Of a stretch of 64,000 nucleotides of DNA, positions 10,601-23,625 are shown piece by piece. This DNA is from Takakia lepidozioides. Lineage: Eukaryota > Plantae > Bryophyta. A program made the translations under genes and the position numbers. Each line of letters begins with the position of its first letter. Position 1 is the first letter of the stretch. The notes beneath the pieces are model-generated. The model saw only the letters and a program-made list of their open reading frames with translations, was not told the origin of the DNA and made no database searches. Location of the stretch: positions 24,676,001 to 24,740,000 of the forward strand of contig CM060731.1 in assembly GCA_030704615.1 (NCBI GenBank), written 5' to 3'.

Positions 10601-13600
10601 ATTCCCGCTCGAGAGACAGGACTAGGTGTAAATGAGTTGGAGGACTCTGAGAACTAAAGGGCCAAGTAGTTGGCTCACCAATCTGCAAAATAATAGTTGA
10701 TGGTAGAATTGCTGACAAAATGTTCATCCTGGGACCTAGTCCTATCCTATATGTACGACATCCACACTTCCCACTTCCCTAATCTTCCCCTTCACCTGCC
10801 ACGTGCAAAATTTTGTATGTAACAAGAACTTGGCAGAGTTCTGTGTGTGCTCTGCACTTCTGTTCATCGCCACCTGCCAAGCTCTCGTATGTTGAAGGCA
10901 CACTTAGTATATGTCATGCTATTTGGAACATTAGCAGCTCTTTGCATCTCAGCTTTGAATTCCATTTCAGAGAACTCTTTTGGAGTATTAGCTTTGGTAC
11001 CATAGTCCTTTTGAGCACCTGTGGCCATGAGAAGTTTTCTTCTTCTTTTGCCTCACACATATACATACGCAGATGCAATATGAGCCTCACTGCAAGGTCT
11101 TCCAACAGCCAGTTGGTAGATTTGAGGGCTGTTTTGAAATATTTGGGTTGTATATTTTCCTGCAGAATTTTGTGCAAGGGATGGGGGCAGCAGCTGTACA
11201 TGGTCTGCAGGTACATTTCTAGGCTATTCTGTTTGGTGGTATCTCTCACATGTTGTGGGCTTCCGCCTTCTGGTAACAAGAAGCATACACTGGACACAGG
11301 GCTTGGAGCTTGCGTGAGCCATGTCAATTCTGGTGATGACTGTTGGCATGTGGTTTACACTTGAAGTTCCTACAGTGCTTCCTATGTAGGGATGATTGAA
11401 TTGGACATTAAAGTCTGCTTGCTGTCCTTGGGCAGTGTTCTTCTCTCTGTGCATGGTCTGGTATAAATGGAGTGCTTTCTTGATAGGATAGCCAACCTTT
11501 CAGCATGAGGAGGATTTCTTTCAATGGCTGTAATTTGAGTAGCTTGTCGGGCTCAAATTCTCTTGCCTAGGGCAGAGTTTCTACTAAAGCCATGCCTTGG
11601 TATTCCACAGGAATTGAGGGAGTCAGCTCGATTTGTGGTGGATTCCTTGATGCACACAGATGCACCTCTTCTCTTTCCTCCAGGCCAGGTTGGGATTGCA
11701 TACTTGAAGATGAGAATGTACTCACAAGACATTGTTTGCCGTAGCTTTTAAAGATGAGAGCAGTGGACCATGGCTAGCTGTAGAGAATGGGCCTGAAAGA
11801 TAGAGAGTGGATCTTAACTTCGGAATGCAAATTGGTTTCTGAAACTCTGTTGGGGTCTTTGGAAAGCAAGATATATTCTTTAGTGTGCAGATTTGAAACC
11901 CATTGTGTGCTCAGCACTGGAAAGGCAATCGTAGTAAAAGATTCCATTGTGCTGGAGGCTTTCTGCATATTAAGTCAAATGATCTTGTGGCGATTGCAGT
12001 GTGGAAAGCATTTTTGGTTAGCCCCTCCTGACAGATTGTTGGTCTTGCTTCTGAAGCTAGCTTTGGCAGCGCTGCGGACTGCAAACCGAGAAGAGCACAA
12101 GGTGGATTTGGACCGGTATTTTACTCTCGACCCCCTTTGGTCACTAGCAAACTTTTGAAATATTTCACCTGATACATAAATCTAGGAGCATTAGGGAGAG
12201 AAGATGAAGAAGTTTATCATGTCCATGAGAGGTATAAGGGCCCGTGTACCCTGTAAAATGTGTTTGCCATAGCCTTGTGGCCATAGACCCCATGGTCAGT
12301 TTTGGTGGAACAAAAGGGAACAGACACTACTTTCTGAGGGGCTCACTCCAGTAGTGGGCCTTACCGTGGTTTAAACAGTTTGTTTGGGCTTTCCAGATTT
12401 CCTCCAGAAAGCCCTTCGCACAAGGATCAATCTACTGTGTCTGATCTAATGTATTTAACTTACATATTCACTCTGAAGTCACAGTTGGACCCAAGAGGAT
12501 ATGTAAATTTTTGTAAGGGTTGGTGAGCATCAGTAGAGAAGCTGTGTTACTTATCTGTACATTTAATCACTCCATTTCCAGATACTTGGCGAATCTTCAG
12601 GAACGCCAACAGCAGCATTCATATGATGAGTTGATCCGTGTCCTTGATTCCATAGATTCATTGGTATGTTCAGGGCTCATGATGGGAGGTATGCTCTGAA
12701 GTAGTTGGTGGGCTTATGCTTAATTCAAGTTTTCTGATGGTAGTTTCCCTGTGGCAACCAAAACATGTGTGTTGGATATAGTCTATGGGTTATGCAAAAG
12801 ATACATCCACCTTAGTTACCTGCTGTCTTAATGCACATGTAGTGAATTTTACAACGTGCCTTCATGTCTTTGTCTTTGTGTGCATGGTATGATTATCTGC
12901 CCCCCCTTTGAGGTAAAGATGCCAGCTCGTCTTTGGTCAAATGGGTGTGGGATGTTTCCAACAGGTGATGGAGGCAAAACACCCTCTGGAAGCAGATGTG
13001 AAACGTATTGATCGTAAGCTGAAATATTGTCGAAATCCTGGCCTGCAGGATGAGTGAGTTCCTGTTGCACTTCAATTAGAAAGCTCAATTCAAAATTGGT
13101 AAATTGGTTGGCCCATTGACTTCCAAAGGCACAAACTTGCATCATTTGTTGAAACTTGTACATGCTGGTGCAGAACCAAGAAGCGGGAACGCAAGGGGAA
13201 ACAGAAGCAGAAGCGCGTTTCCCATGACACTCCTATGGCCAATCCTGTTGATGATTCTCCCCTGTATGTTTTCCTTTCCTGTTTTCCAGACTTTTTAATG
13301 TTTCACAATTTTCTCTTAAAGTAAAGAGTAGCTTGAAATAAGAAATTTCTATCTTTCAATATGGTCTGTGGATGGCACCAAAAGGAACAATACTTTTCAC
13401 CCAAGTGACCAACCATGGAGCTCAGGGAATGCGGTTGTGTGGAAACAGGGATGTTATTGCAATGCATGGGGTGAAAAGACGACATAGCGAGGGTGATATC
13501 ATACTATAAGTTCCTTCTCCATTGGCAAGGCTGCACCAATTTATCGTGTATGTGGTTACTGGATGATCCCAGGTTGGCTATCTTACGAAGGCTGCAGATT

Positions 13601-13965
13601 GTTTTCTGTGTGGGCAAATGAACCACGTGGCTGCCCTTTGCATGCTTACTAGGAAAAAGCTGTGAGGAACATTTACCCAGTGCGTTGATGACCCCGTTAG
13701 TGTCGTTTGGAGTGGGTATTATACGATTCATTAATGTTAGTTACGGCTTGGAAGGTTTTGTATGGTTATATACTGATTTATTGCGAGCTCATTTTATGGC
13801 AATAGAGTTAGTTATTTTCTGCCATCTTGGTTAGTACTGCAAGTTGCAGCGTTTTGAGCATGCAGCAGCTTTGTTTGCAGGTGCTTTGTTGAGGTGGGCC
13901 TCAGCTGCAGCCAAGTGAGTGACAGTAAAAAGGCTAGTGATGGTTCATTACACTGTTACATGTAA
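7664..13965 (+). CDS. CYCH;1: Cyclin H (CDK-activating kinase subunit), ~14 exons
   Basis: Exons include 7664-7723 [20 protein letters not shown], 7963-8013, 8174-8249, 9001-9126, 9418-9491 [10 protein letters not shown]...EHDPKHIM, 9663-9783 [12 protein letters not shown], 10428-10496, 11166-11210, 11611-11688 [11 protein letters not shown], 12057-12115, 12582-12663, 12965-13053 [11 protein letters not shown] and 13174-13263. Last exon uncertain (13881-13965 if spliced, otherwise stop at 13324). Confidence 0.92.
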
Positions 13966-15255
13966 GTGGTACATCAATAGCAGCTCAATCTCGGAACTGG
14001 CTAGTACAATTTTCTCTCCGATTTGCATTAGGTTTGAAATGTAGGACTGCTTTAGATCACATGTTAGTGGGTACACCACTCATGGAAGGCCTAAAAGAGA
14101 TGATGGCCGATTGCCATCATTCAAATGAAAAGCTCTACTTCTACTGCAAAGTCTAATGTTTGTTGTTAGTCAAAAGGAAGGTTATTCTCAAGCCACCCAG
14201 TACTGACCATGAACGCAGATTGCAAGATAGATGGCACCCTCTAGTGCAGGCAGCGTACAGGAGAGATATAAATTCATCATCAGGGAACAAATCTGCCTGC
14301 TGGTGACTTGTGTCCTGTCTCGAACCCAACTGACAACCACTTGTGAAATGCATTCTGCCAGACAGCATTCTGCACACCAGCAATTTAAAATGGTGCTGGT
14401 TTAACACTCAGAGCAACTGTGTTGAGCAAGGATGATTTTGCCCTATGGTTGTGTTCCTGACAAGCCATTACATTGGTACTGTCTGACTGGAGTTCTTGGA
14501 TTTTCTGCTTGGGCACACCACAGGCTTAGATGGTGATACAAGCTCTCACTTAACAACTCCGTGAGTCAGTCCAAAATGTTTCAGTGCTAGCATGTATATA
14601 CATTTTGGTTTGGGCAGGGCATTTGTCCAAATATGAACGAGGTTGTGTACTACACTAGATAGTAGCTGGTAATTAAGTTAATAGACAAAGTATTTGCCTC
14701 TACAGCATACATGAAAATGCATATACTGCAATATAGTCTTATACACAACCAATACAACTATGTACAAATATGGTAAACTTTAAAGATATGGTATTAGCCT
14801 GGGATCTACCACTTCAAAATCGGGAACTTGAACTTGAAAGCTCTCAAACCGCAGTAGTGGTAGGTCAGTATGGGCACTGTGCCGAATCCATGTTTTGCTG
14901 AAGAAAGACGGAGCAGGAAATTTTCGTTGATTTCAGAGCCAGAAACAAGCCAAGTACAAAGTTCTAGCTTTGCCAACCTCAGAGAACAGCTTGGATTTGC
15001 ACAAAAACACTGTAAATCAACGATGTGTAAAAATGAGGAAAGTATTCACAAACACCACCTCTTGTATAAAAATTAAACAGGGTCGTTTAAATACCCCGAT
15101 CTAAATCATAACACTCTGTACAAGCATTGGATAAGCTCACTCAAGGGCACATCCCTCTCTGTATTGGCCTACTCCAATCAAACAAAAATCTATAAAAGGC
15201 TGTCTTTGTGTCAATGTGATATACAAAAAAATCATGATCACTGAAACCCTCCTCT

Positions 15256-18200
15256 TCACCAATCAAGAGATGAAAGGAAAGGAAGCATGCTTGCAGCTGC
15301 AAGCTCAGGTCGGTCATCATGAGGGCAATGACCCACATCTGGAAGTGTCTCCACAAAGACATCACCTCGTTCGCGTGCAAGCTTCATGAAATACTTAGCA
15401 ACCTGCTCAAAATGAAGGCCGATAAAGTTCAGTTGCACACAGACTGAAAAATACCCCGAAGTGTTCTCTAGAAAATCTGATGTTGGTTGTAAACAAAGTG
15501 GCAAACAGCCCAATCAAGGTTGCTAGTTAAGAAAGTACTATATAGATACCAGGCTGCAGACGAATTCATTAAAACAATGACTTTGGACCACTGCAGGGAT
15601 GGAAACCTCACACAGGAATACCCTTCCCCACATGGGTACATGTACAGATAACATCGATAGAACCCAAGCCCTGCACTTCTCTTGATAAACAGCCATAAAT
15701 ATAAATATCCATGGGCGCAGTTAGCTAGATAGTAAATCTTCTCATTTTAGTAGCCAAGAAAGAAAAGAGGAGTGTGGGAGCTGGTCAGTAATTTAATACC
15801 GGGCCATTAGCGGGAGTCCAAGGATCTTTGTCACCCCACAACAGCAATAAGGGCACACTAATTTGTGGCATGAGTGCCTCTGGGCGTGGACCTGTAGGCA
15901 GAACAAACACTTGATCTTAAAAATGATCCAGTCTGCCATGCTTTTTTCTTTCCCCTATTCCGCTCTCCACTAGAAGTCTTCTAATCCCTCCCCATCTTCA
16001 TAACAAAATGATCTGTAACCCGCTAAAACAAACCAATAAGAGTTTGTGACGTTGATTGCAAGGTACAAAAGCTGATATCGAATAAAGTTCTTTCTTAAGT
16101 GGCTGTCAGTGTAATGGACAGAGAACTCCCAGCACAATTTACGAGTCCCAATCTAAAATAGCACAATGAAATGATTGCCACTTACCTGGCTCTCCAGTGA
16201 ACACCTTCACAAAGACATCCAGAGCCCCTGGATCTGTTGATGGATGATGCAGAATATCCACCTGTACAACACGTATAATCAGTAAACAGTTGCCACTCAG
16301 AATCCAATTCAAGAACGAAATCACAACAGAACAATCTCCTCTCTAATATATCAACTGGGACTCCACAACCCAACTATGTCTGAGTAAGCCAGTGTCATTG
16401 TCACAAATTTTCACCATCCCAGCCATACACTGCTGTACAGAACAAATACTACTGATGGGACAGAACTCCTTACAAGCTGATCAGTCACAGCTGCCTTGTT
16501 GCGATAAGCTTGTTGCTGTAATATCGTTTTCACATTTTCCTTGCTTCGAAATCTAGAGAAGTTTTAACATATGTCAGCTTGCTTCTCCACGGTAAAAGAA
16601 GAATACAAAGGCACATCAAGGAATGCAAGTTTACTGATGAGAAAAGGCTTCTGTTCGCTTACACCAACTATTACAAGTGGAGGACAATCAGCAGAAAAAG
16701 GGAGTAGAAAGCTGGGGGAATGCCATGATGTACTGATGATCCTATTATACACAAACAACGTTATATGAAGTGTAGGGATGCTGACAAAAATAAGCCCTAA
16801 AGTGCAGGGGATGATGTCCATTGAAAAATTGGAATGTCCCAATGAGCCTCACGAGCTCAATTTTGTATAATGATCACTTACCTCTTCAAACATATGCAAG
16901 GGGGTCAGCAAAAGAGACTGAAACCAGCTGATGAAAGACAAGTAGGCTTACCGGTTGAACAAAACGTTGGCAATTTTAGGCTGTTGAAGTAGGAACTCAA
17001 CAGCAACAAATATAGGAGATACCAATTGAAGTAGAAAACCATCCTGTGTCAGACCCTTCCTATTCATGGCCCCCGCACAATTTAATAGCACAATTCCCCT
17101 GCATCCAACATCATGAGCATTAATCTTGAATATCTGTCGTCCCCTACCACAAAGTTGAGCACTCAAAACCTAATTTCCATGTACTCTCCACTGCCTCTGC
17201 TGCACCTTTTGAATACTGCTCCAGCTTTTTGTGTGACACCATCCTTATTCTCTTGTTCATTCCCCACACTTCCTATCCTTAATGCCAGAGCAGTCAGCAA
17301 GCCAAGAGGTCGCCAGCCAACAGTACATCGGTCTATTTATAAAATGACTGGAGCAGGAATTCTTACTAGGGTGCGCTAGAATTTTTACTTTCAGTCATGA
17401 GGAGCATGCCTACTAACACTCTAAGACAGTAACTCCAGATGCAGTTTAACCAGAGAAAGGCCTTGTGCCCCTCCAGATAACACTTCCTAACTCATGTCCA
17501 GAGCAAGTGCAACGTACTTGAAAGTTCTAGTGTCAGCCTTTGCACAAGCTGCCAGAACAGTGAGGGACCCTATTGAGTTCCCAACCAGCACTGAACCTTC
17601 GGGAGTGAATTCATGAGCAAAATCTGTGACACAAATAACCCAAAAGTAAGAGGTTGCAAACCCGTTATTCAGCTCTCATGACATGTCTAGTGCATGTTCA
17701 CAGGGTAGTTGACTGACCATTTAACACGATGGGTGAGCCTGAACTTCTGGATCTGTCACACATGGATTATTTTCTTGGGAAATGCTTTTGCAAGAGAGGA
17801 TTTGGCAGCTTAGTTCCAATTTTACCGAGGCTTTCCGTAGAGCACCTATTGGATTTCATGCTCCAGATGATGGCCAAAGCCATTAGTAGTGACAGGCAGT
17901 TACTACACAAAGCCAACCCTGTAAGTAGTGGCTCATCCTTCCAGCTAGCATGAATCCTATGACTGTCTCTGAGATCATAGTGACACCTAAACAATTATTA
18001 CAGTCCTTGATATTCTGTTCTAAACAAGTGGTTCACGAGACATGCCATGAAAATATTCAGTCCTTATAGAGAGAAGACTCCGACCGAAGCCAGTGTAGAT
18101 AAGAGCCGTTCCCCTGGCGCGGGGGGTGAATATCAGATGATACAGCTCGTGTGATTGAGATAATATGCATTATTACCTTCACACTTCAATTTTGGATAAG

Positions 18201-21200
18201 GCTAAAACGAGATTTTTTGGGGTTCTGTTGGACTTAAGCCTGTCGACACACCTACCTGGGTTAGGGCTAGTGTAAGTTCCATCTTTCTCCTTATGTGGTG
18301 TATTCTATATGCTTTGCTGCAGGGAAGTAAAAGGCTACAATAAAGACTCAAGTGGAAACTCTTATAACTTCTTCACCAAACCCAAGTTTGCATGATTGAG
18401 GGGAATGATTACAGACCGCATACAAGGTCAGCCCATAAATCGGGCCCATACTCGGTTTTTGAAGGCTTCTCGGAGGCACCAAATCCCAGAAGATCAATTG
18501 CATAAACTCGATAGTTCTCCGCCAGGTAGGGAAACAGATTAGCAAAATGCCCCGCATTTCCTCCTGCAGAAGAGCCAAAAGATCAGCAAGTTTTAAGTTT
18601 ATCTTGAATTTAATCTTGTGCAAACATTAATCCACACCTCAAAGTAACATTATACTGTATTTGTCATAGTGGGAGGACTAACTTCTGGAATAGCGTATTG
18701 GCACATGTAAATGAGAAGAAGGTCTAGCCACATACCAAAGCCATGCACCAAAATAAGTGGCTTGCCAAAGCCTGCCACTGCATAATTTATTCTGTGGCCT
18801 CTGCAAACATCCACCCAATCATTGCAACTACCAGATCACTAGCAGCAAATATAATGATCTACTTAGTACATCCAAACATCCACCAGACAGCCCTAGCCAC
18901 TGTAAGTAGCCCAGGTGTCATTTTGTAAGCTTTCAATAAGAACACTGAAGACAAGACAGAAAAAAGAAGAAAGAGAGAAAGAAATATGTCACTCCGGTCC
19001 TAAAGTCCCCATGCAACCAAAGGGAAAACAGCAAAGCACACATGGCTGGCCAAAATAAAACAAGCACTTCAACAAAAACCAATGTACCTCCATATCCAGG
19101 AGTTTGACTTGAAAGGTAGAATTAACAGAGCATCATCCAATGCCTGAATACTTTGAACCAATGTTGGTAAGGGAACTCTCTTCTCAACCTCAATCTGCAT
19201 TGTCACTGAACCTCCCCTGGGGCCTCCCTCCTTGAAAGGACCTAACCAAGCATTCCCTACTCCATCCAGCTCCAGCACTTGTGCCTTGAGCCTGCACGAA
19301 CAAAGAGGTGTGTATGAGCAAGGAAGCCACAGAAGGGGAAGCAACACATAGTAGTGTATTCTGCAGGTCATTATTGCAACTTTGCATACATCCACTTGAC
19401 CTACGATGGTCTAAACCCTGCCCAACAACGTTTTCTTACATGACCACACATACAATTAGCTCCCCGGTTCAGCCATTTTTGTTGACACTTCCATTCCAAC
19501 TGATCAACACAGTAATCATTGCTCCTCATGAGTGCACCCAAGTAACAACTCATTACTAAGAGTAAAAGTATTCTCTGGTAAGGAGAGAAGATATTCAAGG
19601 TCTCCGCGGCAAAGTTCTATAGCTTACAATCCCCTTTGCATGACTTAACCCGCAGAGGATAAGAGCACTACGGAACTCACCTTCTAAGGTCGTTGTCATT
19701 TGCCACTCCACAGATCCTACAGATTAATAGCATAAAACAGATCAGTTAAGATCATAACATATTCAAAACAAATCTCATATACAATACTCACATGTTCCAT
19801 ACTCAACCCTGCAGTCCAGGGTACAGATGGGTGCCCCCCATGTCTTGAGACCACTGAACTGGGGATGAGGTTAAAAGTTTTTCCACTGCTGATGTTCCAT
19901 TATATTCAGCACAGACACTTCAATTCAACAGCCTCCCACAAATGATTACACAAAGAGGTGAGAAGCATACGTGATGGTAGTGCTTCGAGTGCCAGTTGAC
20001 AAACCAATGTCCATCCCCAGTGCAGAAGCAAGCTGCATATTTGGCGTGATGAATTCTGCTTCTTTTGACTCATCTGTACCAGCCCCTGTGGCTAATCCTG
20101 TAGCAGTGAAGACAACTTCAGTATATCAATCTCTTAAGGTCTTAATACTTGTGCAACTCTCTACCCACGATAGCAGACACATGCCATTCAAATTAGACTT
20201 AAATTAAACTATACATGAGACTGGCACCTCCAGATTTTGAACTCTGTGTTGACTTAATTGAGCACCATCATGAATACACCAGGTTAGAGGATGCGTCCAT
20301 ACAAGCATTGAGAAATAATGTTCACACAACAAGCTGCACAATGTCTCGCTAGTTCAATTCACTCCTGCAATACATTAGTAGACTCTTTGAACTGGAAGTG
20401 TTTATTGTTTCCCTCTCCACCTATCCTTTTACTTGCTCATCTTTTTGCACCACTTCCTATGTACATCTTCAAGTACAGTCCACACCTGCATATACAGTTG
20501 ACCTGCGTCGCCTTTGCCTGGAGTCCTGTTGAGCATGGCCAGTTGAGAAGCTCACACTATGTGGGGATTGGGTTGAGTGCCTACTAAGACCAGAGACCTT
20601 CAAATGGTATGGCCTTAAAATAGTGCTACTGAATCGCCTTGGGTAATTTACATTGCCAAACTGAGCTCCTCTTTTATGGTAAGGACTTTGCCTTGACGGC
20701 CCCCCTGTACATCCTTGCTGTCGCTGCAACATTAAGATAACATCCAGTACAAATTTGCAGAAAGGCTAGTTTTGAATCTAATCAAACAAATTACTAAGCA
20801 GACAAAAAATGTATTCAAACTGTTTCCAGACATAAGGGCTACACAATTAAATATGTCCATCCCTCACACTAATGTCAAATTGCCACACCTGCGCAAACAA
20901 TGGAAAGTACTGTAGTGTGTACTTGCCATAGGTAACTCGGACTATCTCTGCGCCACCAAGAACTGGATGCAGGAATACACCTAGATTTCTCTGTTCAAGA
21001 CACCACGAAGCCATAGATATAAAAGGTACAATACTAAGTACAGCGGTTGTAACCTGATGGGATTCTATCCTGTATTCACGCTCTCTACAGCTTTCGATTA
21101 TTCCTTTCATCTGCAAGGTCTCTCATGTTTCTCTCCATCAGGTGCACCTTCCATTGCAGATGACAAGTCCTACATATTGCCTTTCAACATCTAGGCAGCT

Positions 21201-21522
21201 CCTTTTCTCTTGTCAGTTTCAATTCTCTCTCTCTCTCCATAATCCTTAAAGAAACAACAAAAGATGGAACCCGCGAGAAAATAACAGCTCTGTGATTGGC
21301 GATGGTCATTATTCCGTCTAAAATTACTGGGAAGCCGCAAACCCACATCACGATCTCCAACCAGATAATGAAACTAGCGTCCGAAACAAAGGGTTGGGGA
21401 CGGGCACATCGAAATCAAATCACACCCATCTCATAAACAATAGTGATGCTTCGTACCTCGCTGGAGAGAAAACCCTCCACAGCAGGTGCTCCCTGAAACA
21501 CAGCTCGTTGGACAAGCTCCAT
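15256..21522 (-). CDS. Alpha/beta hydrolase of the chlorophyll dephytylase (CLD1)/pheophytinase-like group with a long N-terminal extension; likely plastid-targeted
   Basis: Spliced motifs LILVHGFGGNAGHF, YAIDLLGFGAS, nucleophile LVGNSIG, GIVLLNCAGAMN, LLWGDKDPWTP and VGHCPHDDRPE. First exon MELVQRAVFQG... at 21522-21457; Ser/Arg-rich transit-like exon at ~20485-20725. Confidence 0.85.
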
Positions 21523-23625
21523 CCCAACTAAAGAGAAGTGGAAACGAAGGGAGAGGGGAATAAGAATAGGAGACAAAATAGTGCCCACCGCAGCAACCCA
21601 CTCACTACGCAACAAGCAAGACTGGTCTGTGCTCTGCACTCTGACAGAGAGAGCAACACTGGCACACTCCAAGCCCGAAAAGAACAGTAAAAGTGAGATC
21701 TTTCGGTGACGTGCAAGAATGTGAACAGGGCAGCTCCTATGTCTATCAGCCTATACACAACTGCCACGTCATGAGATTTGACGCCACCTGGCATGTGGGT
21801 TCACGCGCCATTCGCTCCTTCGAGAATCTGAGGCAGTTGTGGAAGGAAGTCCACAATGTACTTAGCAAGATCGGATGCTGTAACAAGGTGTGTCCGAGAT
21901 AAGCAAAGTGGTAGTTGATTGCTCGGCCCATCATCTCAATGGCGGAAATGTCTGTGGAGGGTGGCTAATCAAGGCTACCTTTAGTGGTCTACCAAGTTGA
22001 AGCTGTTTAATTTGTTCCCTGAAGATTGAATAGGTCTCTCTGTGTTGTCCATGATTTCCGCACCGTAGCGTCTGCAGGTCTATGTTCTTGCTCAGGAACC
22101 TGATCGACTGTCTTCAAGCGTTTCTTCTGGATGGAAGTGGTAAATTGTATCACTCATTGCTTCTTTGTGCTTACTTGCACGGTTGTAGATGCAGCCACCA
22201 CAGAAAGCAGCAGTTTTGGAAATCTGCTCGTGTTAACTTTGTCCTCTCTCTTCTTATGCGTTCAAGCGTAGGTACAGGTCAGGGGAGTGACTTGCACCCA
22301 GTAGAAGAACAAGTTGTATGTTGTGTATGTATTTTGCAAGAAAACAAGGACGTGTGTGTGCTAATGGGGTTCCACACCACCACTTTGGCACCCACTGGAT
22401 TCAGTAGCATTCTGGACCTTCAAAGTACAGATGGTAACGGAGACGCCCAGAAACATCAATGTGTCTCCCAAATTTCTTTAACGAGAAATGCTAGATTCCA
22501 AAATACATCTACATGCGTACCAGTCTCACAGCCATATGAGAACACCACAAGAATGGTATAAGCACAATGCGCGCAAAATGGGTCTCTGAATCCATACTAT
22601 ACTACACCACAACTGGGGCGTGATGCACTTACCAGAACCGCATAAAAGTAGGACAAGGAAAACGGAAGCTCACTTTGTGCAAACGCAACCAGAATCACTC
22701 AATCTGCTCTCTAGATGATCGGTTGATGAAAGCTGTTGCACACACTCTGGGTAGGCCAAATGAAGCACTGGGACTGGAAATACGTGTGATGTTATGCAGA
22801 ATGGATTCATGAGGAGATTTGTGATGAAGTATGGCAGTTGGTACGATGCAATTACACGAGAGAAAAGGCCTGAAAGTTGTCATGGTTACAAGTTACCCAG
22901 TTACAACGCAAGTGTTGGTGATCTGGGAGCTGATGAGTGTTGCGATTGCCCACTTTAATGTGAGGCATCGAAGAGGCCTGTCTTCATCTGTTGCTGGTCA
23001 CTCCCATGCAAACCAAGGTAATTGTAGACAATAGATCGAAGCTTTGAACGAACAAGCATCTGGACATTACACATAAATGTGTCGCTAGAAAGGTCTTCGA
23101 CATTATCGTCTCAGCCAAGATGGGAACGTAAACATCACATCGCAAACGTGATTTGCAAGAATAGCATCGCGCATCCTCATTTGAGCTATTGCTGAACCAC
23201 ACGCGATGGTCAACAACTTGTCTCCTCCATGGTGACAGCCATAACCTCATGAGTTGAAACCCGGAGGTTATTGCTGTCCTCATCGAACCTTCTTTAGGTT
23301 CAGCGAACTCAGCCACGATGTGAGCTGCAGAGGTTTATATAGACCGTGGAGTTCTCAGGTCAAGCATTTAGGTTTATATCAACTACAGTGCAGTCGTCAA
23401 AACTGTGAGCGCAGTCGGTGGTTCTAATCCAATTTCTCAATTTTCTCAAAAGGCAGCAATCCAACGTGACAATGAAATCGGGAAGGGGGCAGTCGGGCTT
23501 CGAGGTTTGTATGAACTTCAAGGGAGTAGAAATCTCTAAGTAGTCATGACCACTAGAATGCTGCGCAAGCTTCCAAACAAGGTAATCTCTACAGTCGGGT
23601 GTTTCTCTTCGGGGGAAAGGAAGTG

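Noticed and set aside
19800-19917. Extra exon in the hydrolase gene
   Set aside because: No phase-compatible strong donor; the flanking exons join in frame without it.
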